A DNA stretch of 64,000 nucleotides from positions 62,001-126,000 of the forward strand of contig JAWLHB010000020.1 in assembly GCA_041690595.1 (NCBI GenBank). The letters are read 5' to 3'. A program made the translations under genes and the position numbers. This DNA comes from Lentisphaeria bacterium (GTDB taxonomy: Bacteria > Verrucomicrobiota > Lentisphaeria > JABSQK01 > JAWLHB01). The notes beneath the pieces were generated by a model that worked only from the letters and a program-made list of their open reading frames with translations, was not told the origin of the DNA and made no database searches. Of the stretch, positions 31,054-41,600 are shown one piece after another. Numbering within the stretch: position 1 is the stretch's first letter; the number at the start of each line of letters is the position of its first letter.

Positions 31054-32548
31054 GGCTGAAGGGGTCTTCAATTTGACCGCTGCTACCCGTATTGTGCTCG
31101 ACAATCATGCCGAGGCGGAGATGGGGGAGCTGCTGGCGGAGTATGTGCACGCCGCGGCGGGGCTGCAACTCGAGGTGACGTCGGCGGAGACAGCCGGCGC
31201 GATCGTGCTCGAGCAGACGGGCAGGGACGAACCGGATGCCAATGGCTTCCGCGACGAGCACTATGAGCTGGTCGTGGAGAAGACGCAGGTACGGCTGACG
31301 GCGCCCACCTCGTACGGTCTGGCCCGAGCCATCCAGACGCTGCGGCAGCTGCTGGCGCGGCAGGAAGGGGCGGTGCTGCCGTGCGTTCGCATCATCGACG
31401 AGCCGCGCTTTCGCTGGCGGGGCATGATGATGGACGTCGCGCGCCATTTCTTCACGGTCGAGGAGGTCTGCCGCTTTATCGACCTGATCGCGCTGCACCG
31501 CTTCAATCGGCTGCACCTGCACCTGACGGACGATCAGGGCTGGCGGGTGGAGATCCGCCGCTATCCCAAGCTGACCGAGGTGGGCAGTCTCCGGCCATGC
31601 ACGCTGATCGGCCACGAAGGCAAGCGTCCCCGGGAGTACGACAGCCAGCCGTATGGGGGCTTCTTCACGCAGGACGATATCCGGCGCTTTGTCGAGTACG
31701 CCAGGCGGCGGCGGATCGAGCTGGTGCCGGAGATCGACATGCCGGGCCACATGCAGGCGGCCATCGCGGCCTATCCGGAGCTGGGCTGCCTGGACGCGAC
31801 GATCCGGCCACGCTGCCACTGGGGGATCTCGCAGCACATCCTCAACGTGGAGCCGGCCACCGTTCAGTTCATGCAGCATGTGCTGGAGGAAGTGATGGAG
31901 CTCTTTCCGGGGCGGTACATTCACGTGGGGGGCGACGAGGCGCTCAAGTATGAATGGGCGGAGAGCAGGAGTGTACAGGCACGCATGCTGAAGCTTGGGC
32001 TGAGCCATGAGGATCAGCTTCAGGCGTGGTTCATCAACCAGATGGCGGAGACGATCACCGCCCATGGGCGCACGCTGGTGGGCTGGGACGAGATTCTCGA
32101 GGGTGGCAAGCTGCCGCCGAGCGCGGTGGTGATGAGCTGGCGCGGCGAGAAAGGGGGGATCGAGGCGGCGCACCATGGCAACGATGTGGTCATGGCACCC
32201 GGTTCGCATGTCTATTTCGACCATTATCAGGCGGAACCGACGGCCGAGGAGCCGCTGGCGATCGGCGGCCTGAGCACACTGGGCCACGTCTATTCGTATG
32301 AGCCGATACCCTCGGCGCTGCCGGCGGAGGAGCGCCACCACGTGCTGGGTTCGCAGGGGCAGTTGTGGGCGGAGTACATTCCGTCGATGAAGCAGTTGGA
32401 GTACATGGCTTTCCCGCGTGCCTGCGCGCTGGCGGAGGTGCTGTGGCTGCGGAAGGAGGAGCGCAATTTTGGCGACTTCCGGCAGCGGCTGGCGGTGCAT
32501 CGTCGGCAGCTCGATGCCCTTAACGTCAACGCTCGTCCATGCAGGTAG
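31007..32548 (+). CDS. Beta-N-acetylhexosaminidase (GH20)
   Basis: PRFRWRGMMMDVARHF, HLHLTDDQGWR, PEIDMPGH, catalytic HVGGDE, LWAEYI, FPR. GTG start after GGAGA; no signal peptide. Confidence 0.95.
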   Translation: MNDYLALIPRPQQLIEAEGVFNLTAATRIVLDNHAEAEMGELLAEYVHAAAGLQLEVTSAETAGAIVLEQTGRDEPDANGFRDEHYELVVEKTQVRLTAPTSYGLARAIQTLRQLLARQEGAVLPCVRIIDEPRFRWRGMMMDVARHFFTVEEVCRFIDLIALHRFNRLHLHLTDDQGWRVEIRRYPKLTEVGSLRPCTLIGHEGKRPREYDSQPYGGFFTQDDIRRFVEYARRRRIELVPEIDMPGHMQAAIAAYPELGCLDATIRPRCHWGISQHILNVEPATVQFMQHVLEEVMELFPGRYIHVGGDEALKYEWAESRSVQARMLKLGLSHEDQLQAWFINQMAETITAHGRTLVGWDEILEGGKLPPSAVVMSWRGEKGGIEAAHHGNDVVMAPGSHVYFDHYQAEPTAEEPLAIGGLSTLGHVYSYEPIPSALPAEERHHVLGSQGQLWAEYIPSMKQLEYMAFPRACALAEVLWLRKEERNFGDFRQRLAVHRRQLDALNVNARPCR

Positions 32549-32555
32549 GTGACCG

Positions 32556-33764
32556 ATGAATATCGACTCCATCATGACTGCTGAACGCGTCGCCGAGCTG
32601 ACGGCCTGCTATCGGGATGGTCTGCTGAAGGATGTCCTTCCCTTCTGGATGCGCCACTGCATCGACCGGGAAGAGGGCGGTTTCACCATGGCCCTCGACC
32701 GTGACGGCACGCTGCTGGACAGCGACAAGGGCATGTGGCAGCAGGGACGCTTCACCTGGCTGCTGGGCCACCTCTACAACACCGTCGAGAAGCGCGAAGA
32801 GTGGCTGGAGCTGGCGAAGCACGGCCTCGACTTCATCGGCAAACACGGCTTCGATGCCGATGGACGCATGTTCTTTCACGTGACGCGGGACGGACGGCCG
32901 ATCCGCAAGCGTCGCTATGCCTTCACCGAGACCTTTGCGTGCATCGCCTATGGCGAGGCAGCCGCGGCGACCGGCGACAGCGCCCTCGCCGAGCGGGCCA
33001 TCGCGATCTTCCGCCTCTATCAGGAGTACCTGGATAGCGGCCGCATGCCACCGAAGTTCACCGACACTCGGCCCACCCAGGGCATGGGGCGGCCGATGAT
33101 CGACATCGTCACCGCTCAGAACCTGCGGCGCAGCGTGGCCTTACCCGAAGCGGATGCGGTGATCGAGCGCTCCATCGAGAAGATCGCCACCTTCTTTGTC
33201 AAGCCGGAGCTGGAGTGCGTGATGGAGACGGTGGGGCCGAAGGGCGAGATCTACGATCACTTCGACGGGCGGATGCTCTGCCCCGGCCACGCCATCGAGG
33301 GCGCCTGGTTCATCCTGGAAGAGGCGCGCCATCGCGGCAATGACCCGGGCCTGATCCGCCTGGGCTGCCAGATGCTCGACTACATGTGGGAACGGGGCTG
33401 GGACAAGGAGTACGGCGGCATCCTCTACTACCGCGATCTGCATGGCAAGCCGGTGCAGGAGTACTGGCACGACATGAAGTTCTGGTGGCCACAGAACGAG
33501 ACGATCATCGCCACGCTCATGGCCTACCTGCTGACGGGTGACGAGAAGTACGCGCGCTGGCACAAGCTGGCCCACGACTGGGCGTACCGCTACTTCCCGG
33601 ATCCGGAGCATGGCGAATGGTTCGGCTATCTGCACCGCGACGGGCGGATCTCGGTGCCCCTCAAGGGTAACCTCTGGAAAGGACCGTTCCACTTGCCGCG
33701 CATGCAGCTGGAGTGCTGGCGACTGGCAGAGGAGCTGTCACGAAAAATGGCAACGACAACCTAG
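32556..33764 (+). CDS. N-acylglucosamine 2-epimerase (AGE family)
   Basis: DKGMWQQGR, PGHAIEGAWF, KFWWPQNE, GEWFGYLHRDG, KGPFHLPR. Confidence 0.95.
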   Translation: MNIDSIMTAERVAELTACYRDGLLKDVLPFWMRHCIDREEGGFTMALDRDGTLLDSDKGMWQQGRFTWLLGHLYNTVEKREEWLELAKHGLDFIGKHGFDADGRMFFHVTRDGRPIRKRRYAFTETFACIAYGEAAAATGDSALAERAIAIFRLYQEYLDSGRMPPKFTDTRPTQGMGRPMIDIVTAQNLRRSVALPEADAVIERSIEKIATFFVKPELECVMETVGPKGEIYDHFDGRMLCPGHAIEGAWFILEEARHRGNDPGLIRLGCQMLDYMWERGWDKEYGGILYYRDLHGKPVQEYWHDMKFWWPQNETIIATLMAYLLTGDEKYARWHKLAHDWAYRYFPDPEHGEWFGYLHRDGRISVPLKGNLWKGPFHLPRMQLECWRLAEELSRKMATTT

Positions 33765-33774
33765 GAAACAGATC

Positions 33775-35763
33775 ATGGGCAATCGATCGAGCAGGATGTG
33801 GACGAGGTGGCAACCCGTGCTGATGGCACTGGTGCTGATGCCGCTGGGGAGGAGCTTGGCAGCGCCGCTGCCCGACGCGGCGACGGTAAGTCGCAACTGG
33901 CGGGTCAGCAATGCACCCGAAGCCAGTCTCCTCTTGATCGATGCCCGGCCGCGGAAGCTCTTCTCCTTCACTGGCACCAACATCGTGGGCATGGTCGCGG
34001 TGGGTAATCGTGGCGATGCGCCGGTGGAGGTGCTGGTGCGAGGCTGGCTGGAGCATGGGCTCGACGATCGGGCCCCGATTCAGGAGAAGGAGGTGACGGT
34101 GCCCGCCGGCGAGGCGGTGGAGGTGAGCTTCGAGTGGCCGCCTGTGCCGAAATACGGGCATGCACTGGTCGTGGAGTTGGAGCGGGATGGGCAGGTCATC
34201 GCCACCGGTCGCGACTACTTCACGGTCCATGACAGCGTCTGGGCGGTCGGCATCGCGGGCAATCACCCGGTCGGTTTCACGGCAGAGCACGTCAGCGACA
34301 TGGCGGGCATCGAGCAGGCGGTCGAGCGCTTCCGTGACCGGTACACGAACACCTTCGAGAAGTTCTTCTGGGCACCGGATGACTTCGCCAACATGACCCC
34401 GGAGAAGGAGCAGTGGTTTTCTGGCCAGGCACGCTACCACGAGCGAAGCGACCGCCTCAAGCACCTCTGCGACCATGGCTGGCGGATCGGCGTCCTGCCG
34501 ACGACATACGGCAAGTCGATCGGCAGCGGCACGGGGGCGAGGGACGTTATCCGCGAGCAACCGGAGCTGGTCTATGGCTATGGAGGAGCGATGGAGTTCT
34601 CGCCGGACACCGAGGAGCTGGCGAAGTGGGATATCGACGCCAAGCCGTACTGGCAGAGCATCGGCTGGGCGCACTACAACATGAACGATCCGGCGGTTGT
34701 CCAGCATGGCATCGACGAGATTCGCAAGTCGACGGAGATCTTCGGCTGGGCGGGGGTACGCTTCGACGGTCACTTCCGCGCCCGGGCGGGCAAGCAGCGG
34801 GTCGGCGAGGAAATGGTCGATTTCACCCCGGAGATGGCGGATGCGCAGACGGCGGCGAACCATCGTGCCTTGAAGGAGCAGATGGCGGCAGTCGACCCGC
34901 GATTCATCCATGGCTACAACTTTGCGGAGTGCGATTTCACGGGGCGGCTGGTGGACAACCCGCGGGAGAGCATCGAGTTGTGCGCCGATGGCGGCCACCT
35001 GATGGACGAGTATGCCAAGCAGAATGCGGGCGCCTCGCACCCCTTCCGCAAGTGGGCGGATTACGCCCACGCGATCGTCAAGTCGACGGAGCAGGTGCGG
35101 CGGCTTGGCGGACATTATTTTCCGATGGTGCACAGCAATGGCCCGGTCGGGCGCTACCAGAACATCTTCACTTACGCGGCGGGTGGACACCCGAATGGCA
35201 CGCCTTGGAGCACCGACCACCCGTACAACGCCTTCGCCACGCGGTATGGCGAGTTGCTCTGGGGGGAGAATGTGCGCAACGTGTGGAATCCGTGTGGCAT
35301 CGTCATCGTGAAACCGGAGGTGATGTGGCAGGATTACGTGCGGGAAGAGCGGATCGACGCGACGCACACGCGGCTGATCGTGCACCTGATCAATCCGCCG
35401 GCGCATGAGACGGCGACCGAGAGCCAGGCGGCGGCCGATGAGCTGAGGCGGCGGGAGACACGGCGACGCGAGATCAAGGTGGCGGCCGATGCGGCAAAGA
35501 CGGCGCCGGACTACAGCGAGCTGGAGAATCTGGCTCCTGTCGTGCTCTATCCGGAGCCTCGCCGGGAGCTGGCCGTGAAGCTGGTCCCGCGGGCGCTGGG
35601 CGGGACATGGGCAATCAGCCGGGTGCTGCTGCTCGATCCGGAGACGGTGGAGCGCCGGGAACTGGCAGTGGATACCCGCGATCCCTACTTCGCCCAGGTG
35701 CGGGTGCCGGAAGTGCGCTTCTGGGCTGTGCTGGTGGTCGACCTCGAACGGAAGGAGATGTGA
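33775..35763 (+). CDS. Secreted putative TIM-barrel glycoside hydrolase, paralogue 2
   Basis: Signal peptide; FFWAPDDF, FGWAGVRFDG, GGHLMDE, LIVHLINPP. Confidence 0.6.
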   Translation: MGNRSSRMWTRWQPVLMALVLMPLGRSLAAPLPDAATVSRNWRVSNAPEASLLLIDARPRKLFSFTGTNIVGMVAVGNRGDAPVEVLVRGWLEHGLDDRAPIQEKEVTVPAGEAVEVSFEWPPVPKYGHALVVELERDGQVIATGRDYFTVHDSVWAVGIAGNHPVGFTAEHVSDMAGIEQAVERFRDRYTNTFEKFFWAPDDFANMTPEKEQWFSGQARYHERSDRLKHLCDHGWRIGVLPTTYGKSIGSGTGARDVIREQPELVYGYGGAMEFSPDTEELAKWDIDAKPYWQSIGWAHYNMNDPAVVQHGIDEIRKSTEIFGWAGVRFDGHFRARAGKQRVGEEMVDFTPEMADAQTAANHRALKEQMAAVDPRFIHGYNFAECDFTGRLVDNPRESIELCADGGHLMDEYAKQNAGASHPFRKWADYAHAIVKSTEQVRRLGGHYFPMVHSNGPVGRYQNIFTYAAGGHPNGTPWSTDHPYNAFATRYGELLWGENVRNVWNPCGIVIVKPEVMWQDYVREERIDATHTRLIVHLINPPAHETATESQAAADELRRRETRRREIKVAADAAKTAPDYSELENLAPVVLYPEPRRELAVKLVPRALGGTWAISRVLLLDPETVERRELAVDTRDPYFAQVRVPEVRFWAVLVVDLERKEM

Positions 35764-35764
35764 T

Positions 35765-37690
35765 ATGCGCTACTTGTCCATACTTTTTGCGATGGCGCTG
35801 GTGAATGGGGTGCGGGCGGACCTCTCCGCGACGCGCGATGCGGCAAATCCACAGCTCATCGTCATGCGGAATCAGGTGATGGAACTGACAATCGACCTGG
35901 CCAACGGCGCGCACGTGGTGAGCGTGGTCTACGCGGGCTTCAGCGGCGAAGAGCTGGTGCGCGACGTGAAGAACGACAACGGCGGGCTCTTCAAGGATCT
36001 GTGGACCACCCAGGGCTGGCCCGGTGAATTCGACAAGCGGCTCTACGAGGGCGAGATCGTCAGCAGCGGGCCGGACGAGGCGGTGGTGAAGACGTGGACG
36101 ATCTCGACCGGTGATTTCAAGAACCAGGTGAAGGAGGATCTGAAGGACTTCCTGCTCGTGAAGACATTCACACTGCGGGCGGGCGAGCGCATGCTGACGG
36201 TGCGTTACGACCTGACCAACCAGGGTAACAAGGGCAAGCGGCCGGCCTTCTGGTCGCAGCACGTGCTCGACTTCGACGGCACCCGCAAGAACAACGTCTA
36301 CTGGCGGCCGACACGCCACGCGGTCGATTGGATCGACGACGCGAAGCGGGTCTCGGAGCATGGCTACTGGTATGTGGCCAGGACGATCGCCGGCTGGAAT
36401 GGCGTCACCAACCGCAAGATGAAGCGAGGCGTGATGTTCCTGATGGATTACAACGACCTGCAGCACGTCTATGATAACACCGCCGCGACGACGGTCGAAT
36501 GGATGTATGACGACGTGGCGGTGCCGGCGGGCAAGACGTGGTCGACGGTGGTCAGGATGATCCCCACCGAGGGTTTCGGCACCTACACCTACGGCGGCGA
36601 CAAGCTCGTGGCGGCGGTGGAGGTGACGGAGACGCCTGCCGGCTTGCGCATTGCGCATACGCTGACGGCGGCCGCGACACCCCTGCGCGACGTGACCGTG
36701 CGCACCGTGGTCAACGGCGTCCGCGCCGCATGGAAGGTCGAAGGTGAGACGGTGACGCTGCCGGAGCTGGGGCTTGGCGCGACGGAAAGGGTGGTGAACG
36801 TTGGCGGCGTGGAGGCCATGCCCTGCGTGGTTGAGGTGACGGTGAGCGCCGTGGACGGCTCCGGCGAGGCTTTTTCGGTGACCTATGGCGACTACTATGG
36901 CGGCAAGGCCGGGCGGAATCTGGACCTGGCGACACTGGAGCCGCTGCACGCGTTCCCGGCGCCAGAGAAGCGCAAGCAGTACCTGAAGCCGGACGAGATC
37001 GCCCTGAACCCGTCGACGCCGCCGAAGGTGCTCTTCATCCGCGGGCTGTGGGCGGAGTTCCAGGGGATCGATGAGGCGCTTCAGCGGCTTGGCGAGGTGA
37101 CGATAGTGGATGGCTGGATGAAGAAGGGGGCACTGGGCGAGACACTGGGCGGCTTCCCGGCCGCTTACGAGGATCTGCTCTCGTACGACCTGATCATTCT
37201 CGGCAATGTCAGCGGGCCTATGCTGGCGGATGTCGGCCAGGAGATGTTGGCGGACTTTCTGCGAGCGGGTGGCGGGCTGCTCTTCCTCTCGGGCGACCGG
37301 ACGTATGGGCAGACGACCTTCGGTAACGCCAGATTCTCCGAGCTGCTGCCGTTCCGGAGCGCGCCCAACGACTATGGGAGGCTGGGATCGCCGCTGGGAC
37401 TGAAGGCAGGGGTGACGCATCCCGTGCTCGACGGGGTGACCTTCACCGCGAACGATGTGGTGCTGTACGCGCATCGGCTGGAGCCGGTGGAGGCGGAGGT
37501 GCCGGTGATGCTGGCGGACGGTACGCCGGCAGTGATTCTGTCGCGGCCGGGGGCCCCACGGGTGGGGACGGTGGCGGTGCTGCCATTCGGCAAGGCGACC
37601 GACGGCCAGCGGCTCTACTTCGAGAGCGAACCCTGGCAGGTGCTGATGGCGAATGTCATGCAATGGCTGCGGGGCCGAGACGGGGAATGA
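35765..37690 (+). CDS. Secreted mutarotase-like plus GATase-like protein (paralogue of 6288-8315)
   Basis: GGLFKDLW..QGWP.EF, FLMDYNDLQ..Y...T.EW; C-terminal YDLIILGN..FLRAGGGLLFLSG. Confidence 0.6.
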   Translation: MRYLSILFAMALVNGVRADLSATRDAANPQLIVMRNQVMELTIDLANGAHVVSVVYAGFSGEELVRDVKNDNGGLFKDLWTTQGWPGEFDKRLYEGEIVSSGPDEAVVKTWTISTGDFKNQVKEDLKDFLLVKTFTLRAGERMLTVRYDLTNQGNKGKRPAFWSQHVLDFDGTRKNNVYWRPTRHAVDWIDDAKRVSEHGYWYVARTIAGWNGVTNRKMKRGVMFLMDYNDLQHVYDNTAATTVEWMYDDVAVPAGKTWSTVVRMIPTEGFGTYTYGGDKLVAAVEVTETPAGLRIAHTLTAAATPLRDVTVRTVVNGVRAAWKVEGETVTLPELGLGATERVVNVGGVEAMPCVVEVTVSAVDGSGEAFSVTYGDYYGGKAGRNLDLATLEPLHAFPAPEKRKQYLKPDEIALNPSTPPKVLFIRGLWAEFQGIDEALQRLGEVTIVDGWMKKGALGETLGGFPAAYEDLLSYDLIILGNVSGPMLADVGQEMLADFLRAGGGLLFLSGDRTYGQTTFGNARFSELLPFRSAPNDYGRLGSPLGLKAGVTHPVLDGVTFTANDVVLYAHRLEPVEAEVPVMLADGTPAVILSRPGAPRVGTVAVLPFGKATDGQRLYFESEPWQVLMANVMQWLRGRDGE

Positions 37691-38664
37691 TGGTGGTGGT
37701 ATCGCCATCCTGGCCCGGACGCGAGCGACTGGTTGGCGTTGGCTGGTCGCTGCTCAGCGCGCTGCTGTGGAGCACCACCTTCGTCGCCGGCCGCTTTCTG
37801 CTGGCCGATGGCAAGGTGGACCCCGTGACGCTCTCGGCCTGTCGCTTCGTGCTGGGCGGTGGATTGCTGCTGGGCGTCGGGGTGCTGACCTGGCGGCGAA
37901 CCTTCTTTGCGATCACCGGTAGCGATTATGCCCGGCTGGCCCTGCTTGGCCTGCTGGGCATCGTCGGCATGAGCGTCCTGCTCTTCCATGGGCAGCAATC
38001 GACGACCGCCACCAACAGCGCGATCATCATGCAGCTCAACCCGATCGTCATCTGCCTGCTCGGGCTCTTCATCGGCGAATGGCTCTCGGCGCGCCGTGTG
38101 CTCGGCATCGCGGTCGCACTGGCTGGCTGTCTGCTGGCGCTCGGTGTGCTCACGTCGCGAGGGGTGTCGATTGACAAGGCGCACCTCACCGGGGATCTCT
38201 ATGTGCTGGCCTCGGCCTGCTGCTGGGCGCTCTACACGGTGCTCGGCAAGGGGGTGGTGACGCGGCTCGGTGGCTTCCGGGCGACGACGTGGGCAATGGT
38301 TTTCGGCGCGGTGGAGCTGCTGGTGTTGTACGCGGTGCTGCCGGTGCCGCATGTCTGGCCCGTCTCTGGCGGCGCCTGGCTGGTCATCGTCTACCTGGCA
38401 ATCTTCCCCACCGCCATCGCCTTCGTTGCCTGGTACGAGGCCATGCGCCATATCCCGCTTGCCCTGCTCAACGTCATGCAGTACCTGACGCCGCCGACGA
38501 CCCTGCTGCTGGCGTGGCTGCTGCTGGGCGAGCGGCTGACGCCGGGCGTTTGGATCGGCTTTGCGCTGATCCTGGCGGGTGTCGCGATTGTGGGTGCCGC
38601 TGACCATCGCCGGCTGGTGAAGCTGCCGGAACCGTTGCCGGTGGCGCCCCCGACCAACCTCTGA
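37687..38664 (+). CDS. EamA/DMT family transporter
   Basis: About 10 hydrophobic segments; LWSTTF, LNP, GDL..LAS..CWALY, LGE.LT motifs; ATGA overlap start. Confidence 0.9.
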   Translation: MMVVVSPSWPGRERLVGVGWSLLSALLWSTTFVAGRFLLADGKVDPVTLSACRFVLGGGLLLGVGVLTWRRTFFAITGSDYARLALLGLLGIVGMSVLLFHGQQSTTATNSAIIMQLNPIVICLLGLFIGEWLSARRVLGIAVALAGCLLALGVLTSRGVSIDKAHLTGDLYVLASACCWALYTVLGKGVVTRLGGFRATTWAMVFGAVELLVLYAVLPVPHVWPVSGGAWLVIVYLAIFPTAIAFVAWYEAMRHIPLALLNVMQYLTPPTTLLLAWLLLGERLTPGVWIGFALILAGVAIVGAADHRRLVKLPEPLPVAPPTNL

Positions 38665-38685
38665 AAACAACATGGGATGCAGATC

Positions 38686-41600
38686 ATGGATAATCGATCG
38701 AGCCGAAAGAGAATGAGCTGGCGGCCGGTGCTGATGGCGCTGGCGTTGCTGCCGCTGAGCATGGCGCAGGCCGCAACGCTGGAGGTGCGGGTGCACGTGG
38801 AGAAGGTGCTGTACGTGCCCGGGGAGGAGGCGCTGGTGACGTATACGGTGGTGAATGGAGAGGACGAGGCGTGGCAGGGAGAGGCGGTGGTCACCCATGT
38901 CACCGGCTTGGATGATGCTCGGGAGGTGATGTGCCGGGCGGTGAGCGTGGCGGCGCAGGGGGAGTTCGAGGAGCAGGTGCGTCTGCCGATTGGCGAGGCA
39001 CAGTTCGGCCACGAGGTGCGAATAACGCTGGTGGCGGATGGGGTGGCGGCCGGTGAAGGGAGAGAGCTCTTCGCGGTGGCGGAGAATCTTTGGGATGTAG
39101 CGCTTGGGACGCAGGGCGGGGGCATCCTCCACGGCAGTGGCCGCTACGGCGACCGCCCCCCGGAGATCATCGCGGCCAAGCTGGCGGAGATGCGACGCCA
39201 CTACAGCAACTGGTTCGAGAAGCACTTCTGGGCGCCGGACGACTGGGGCGACCTGACGCCGGAACGTGAGGAGTGGATCAGCGGCCAGGCGGCGCGATGG
39301 GAGAACGCCAAGTGGCTCAAACTCAACATCGACGAGGCGCACCGGCACGGCATCAAGGCGATCACCTACGGCAAGGGGATCGGCGGCGGGCCGGACGGAT
39401 ACGAGCTGTTGCGGGAGCGGCCGGACTTTTTCGTGCGCAATCCGTCTGGTACCTGGGGCGGCAACCCGGATCTGTGGGACTTCGACAACTGGCAGAACCC
39501 GCAGCTCAACCACTACCAGGACTTCTCCAGCGTCTGGCACCGCACCTATCCGGATCTGGCCAAGCTGGAAGCGCTCGATCATGGCATCGACGAGCTGATC
39601 GAGGCAACGCGACGCTTCGGCTGGGACGGCGTGCGGTTCGACGGGCAGTTCTCGGCGGTCGATGACGTAGTCTCCACGCGCAACATGCAGCGGCTCAAGC
39701 AGCGGGTGTGGAAGGAGTTCCCCGACTTCTTCTTCGGCTTCAACCTCTGCAGTATCTTCGATCGTGGCGATACCCTGCCGCACGAAGAGCGAGAGGCGAT
39801 GGCCGGCGGCGGCCACTGGATGCAGGAGGCGATCGGCGACTACCAGTACCTGGCATCGGTCGCCTACACGAGTTGGTTGCACTACGCGGAGCAGGAGTGG
39901 ACGGCGGCAAACCGGGTGCGTGAAGCAGGCGGCACCTATCACTATATCTATCGCCTGCGCGGCACGGAGACGCAGCAGTATTACAAGTTCGCCATCGGCA
40001 CCCTGAACGGGGCGCATCCGGTCTATGGGGCGCACGAGGTGGCGCCTGGCGCGGTGAACTGGGGGCGTTTCCTGACACGCTGGAGCGCGCTGCTGTGGCA
40101 TCCGAAGCTGACGCCGATAGAGCCCGAGGCGCTTGGGATCGGTGCCGAGGGGCTGAACGAGCGGGTGCTGTGGCGGCACTGGGCACGATCGATTCCGTGG
40201 CGTGCGGACGAGGAGCTGTTGGTCCTGCCCTTCCTGCGCCTGCCGGAGAGCGACGAGATCGCGACGACCGATGCGTGGCCGGAGGCGGTGACGGGAGCTG
40301 ACGTGTCGTTGCCGGCAACAGTGGCTGGTCGGTTGCGGCGGGTGCTGTGGCTCGACCCGAAGGGGGAAGCGGTGGAGCTGGTGGTGACGGATGGGCGAGT
40401 CTCGCTGCCGGCCATCTCGCCGCTGGGTATTCTGGTGCTGGCGCTGGAGGGATGTCCATCCTACCGGCCGATCGAACGGCCGCGCTTCACCGAGCCGGTG
40501 GACGAGGAAGCGATTGCGGCGAGTCTCGCCAGCGGCCGGAGCAAGGTGGTGGTCGATCCGCTGCGGCCGGAGCTGAATATGCCGGAGGAAAGTCATCCTG
40601 CCGTCGTGAAAACCTATGCCGCGGAGGTCAGTTGGTCAATGGGGCGGACGGTGCGGGAGGATCCGGAGGCGGAGAAGGGCAGGGCGGCGGGGGCGGATAC
40701 GTCCTTCCCGAATTGCACGGCCGGCGGCTATTTCTTCAACTTGCTGCCGGGCCGGTACCGGATCACCGGGCGAATGCGTCAGCTGCCGGCTTCGCCGAGC
40801 GCCCAGGTCGGGGTGAGTATCTACGAAAACGTGCCGGTTGGCCGTGGCTACAAGCTGCGCGAGGGAAGCATGGCGGTGAACGGGAGTGTCCGCTTCGACA
40901 ATGACGATGGCGCGTACAGGGAGGTGGTCCTGACGGAGGCATACGAGCATCATGGCCTGGGCTTCTGCGCGGTCTTTGTGCGCGGGTCGGTGGCGGCAGA
41001 TGCCGAGGGCGATCCGCGGTTTCTGCTGGATTGGGTGAAGGCGGAGCGGCTCGAAACGTACAACGATCGGGTGCTGGCCGAGAAGAGCGGTACGGCGGAG
41101 CCGGCGGGGACGACGGTGGGGCCGCCCTCGCGCGTGTTGTGGGTACGGGGGCTCTTCGACGAGCTGTATCGTCTGGATGCTGCGTTGGCGCTCGCCTTTC
41201 CGGATGGGCAGGTGACCCCAGTTTACCAGCGCCATTTCACGCCGGATCCGTCGGTGTTGGCCGAGTACGGTACAATCGTGCTGCCCAACGTGCCGGTGGG
41301 GCAGTTTGCCATGCCGGGGCGCAAGGCGCTGCGCGACTGGACGCTGGCCGGGGGGCACCTGGTGATCCTTGGCGGTCAGTTGAGCCTGGGCCAGGGGGCC
41401 ATGCGGAATACGTTCATCGAGGAGATTCTGCCGTGCCGCCTGGTCCGTGAGGCGGATGTCATGCGGTTGCCGCAACCCGTTGCGCTGGAGGCGCCGGGCG
41501 GAGCGATCGGGCAGCTCTGGTATCTGCACGAGACCGAGGCGAAGCCGGAGGCCACTGTCACGGCTCGGTGTGGCACGTTGCCCATGCTGATGAGCGCGCC

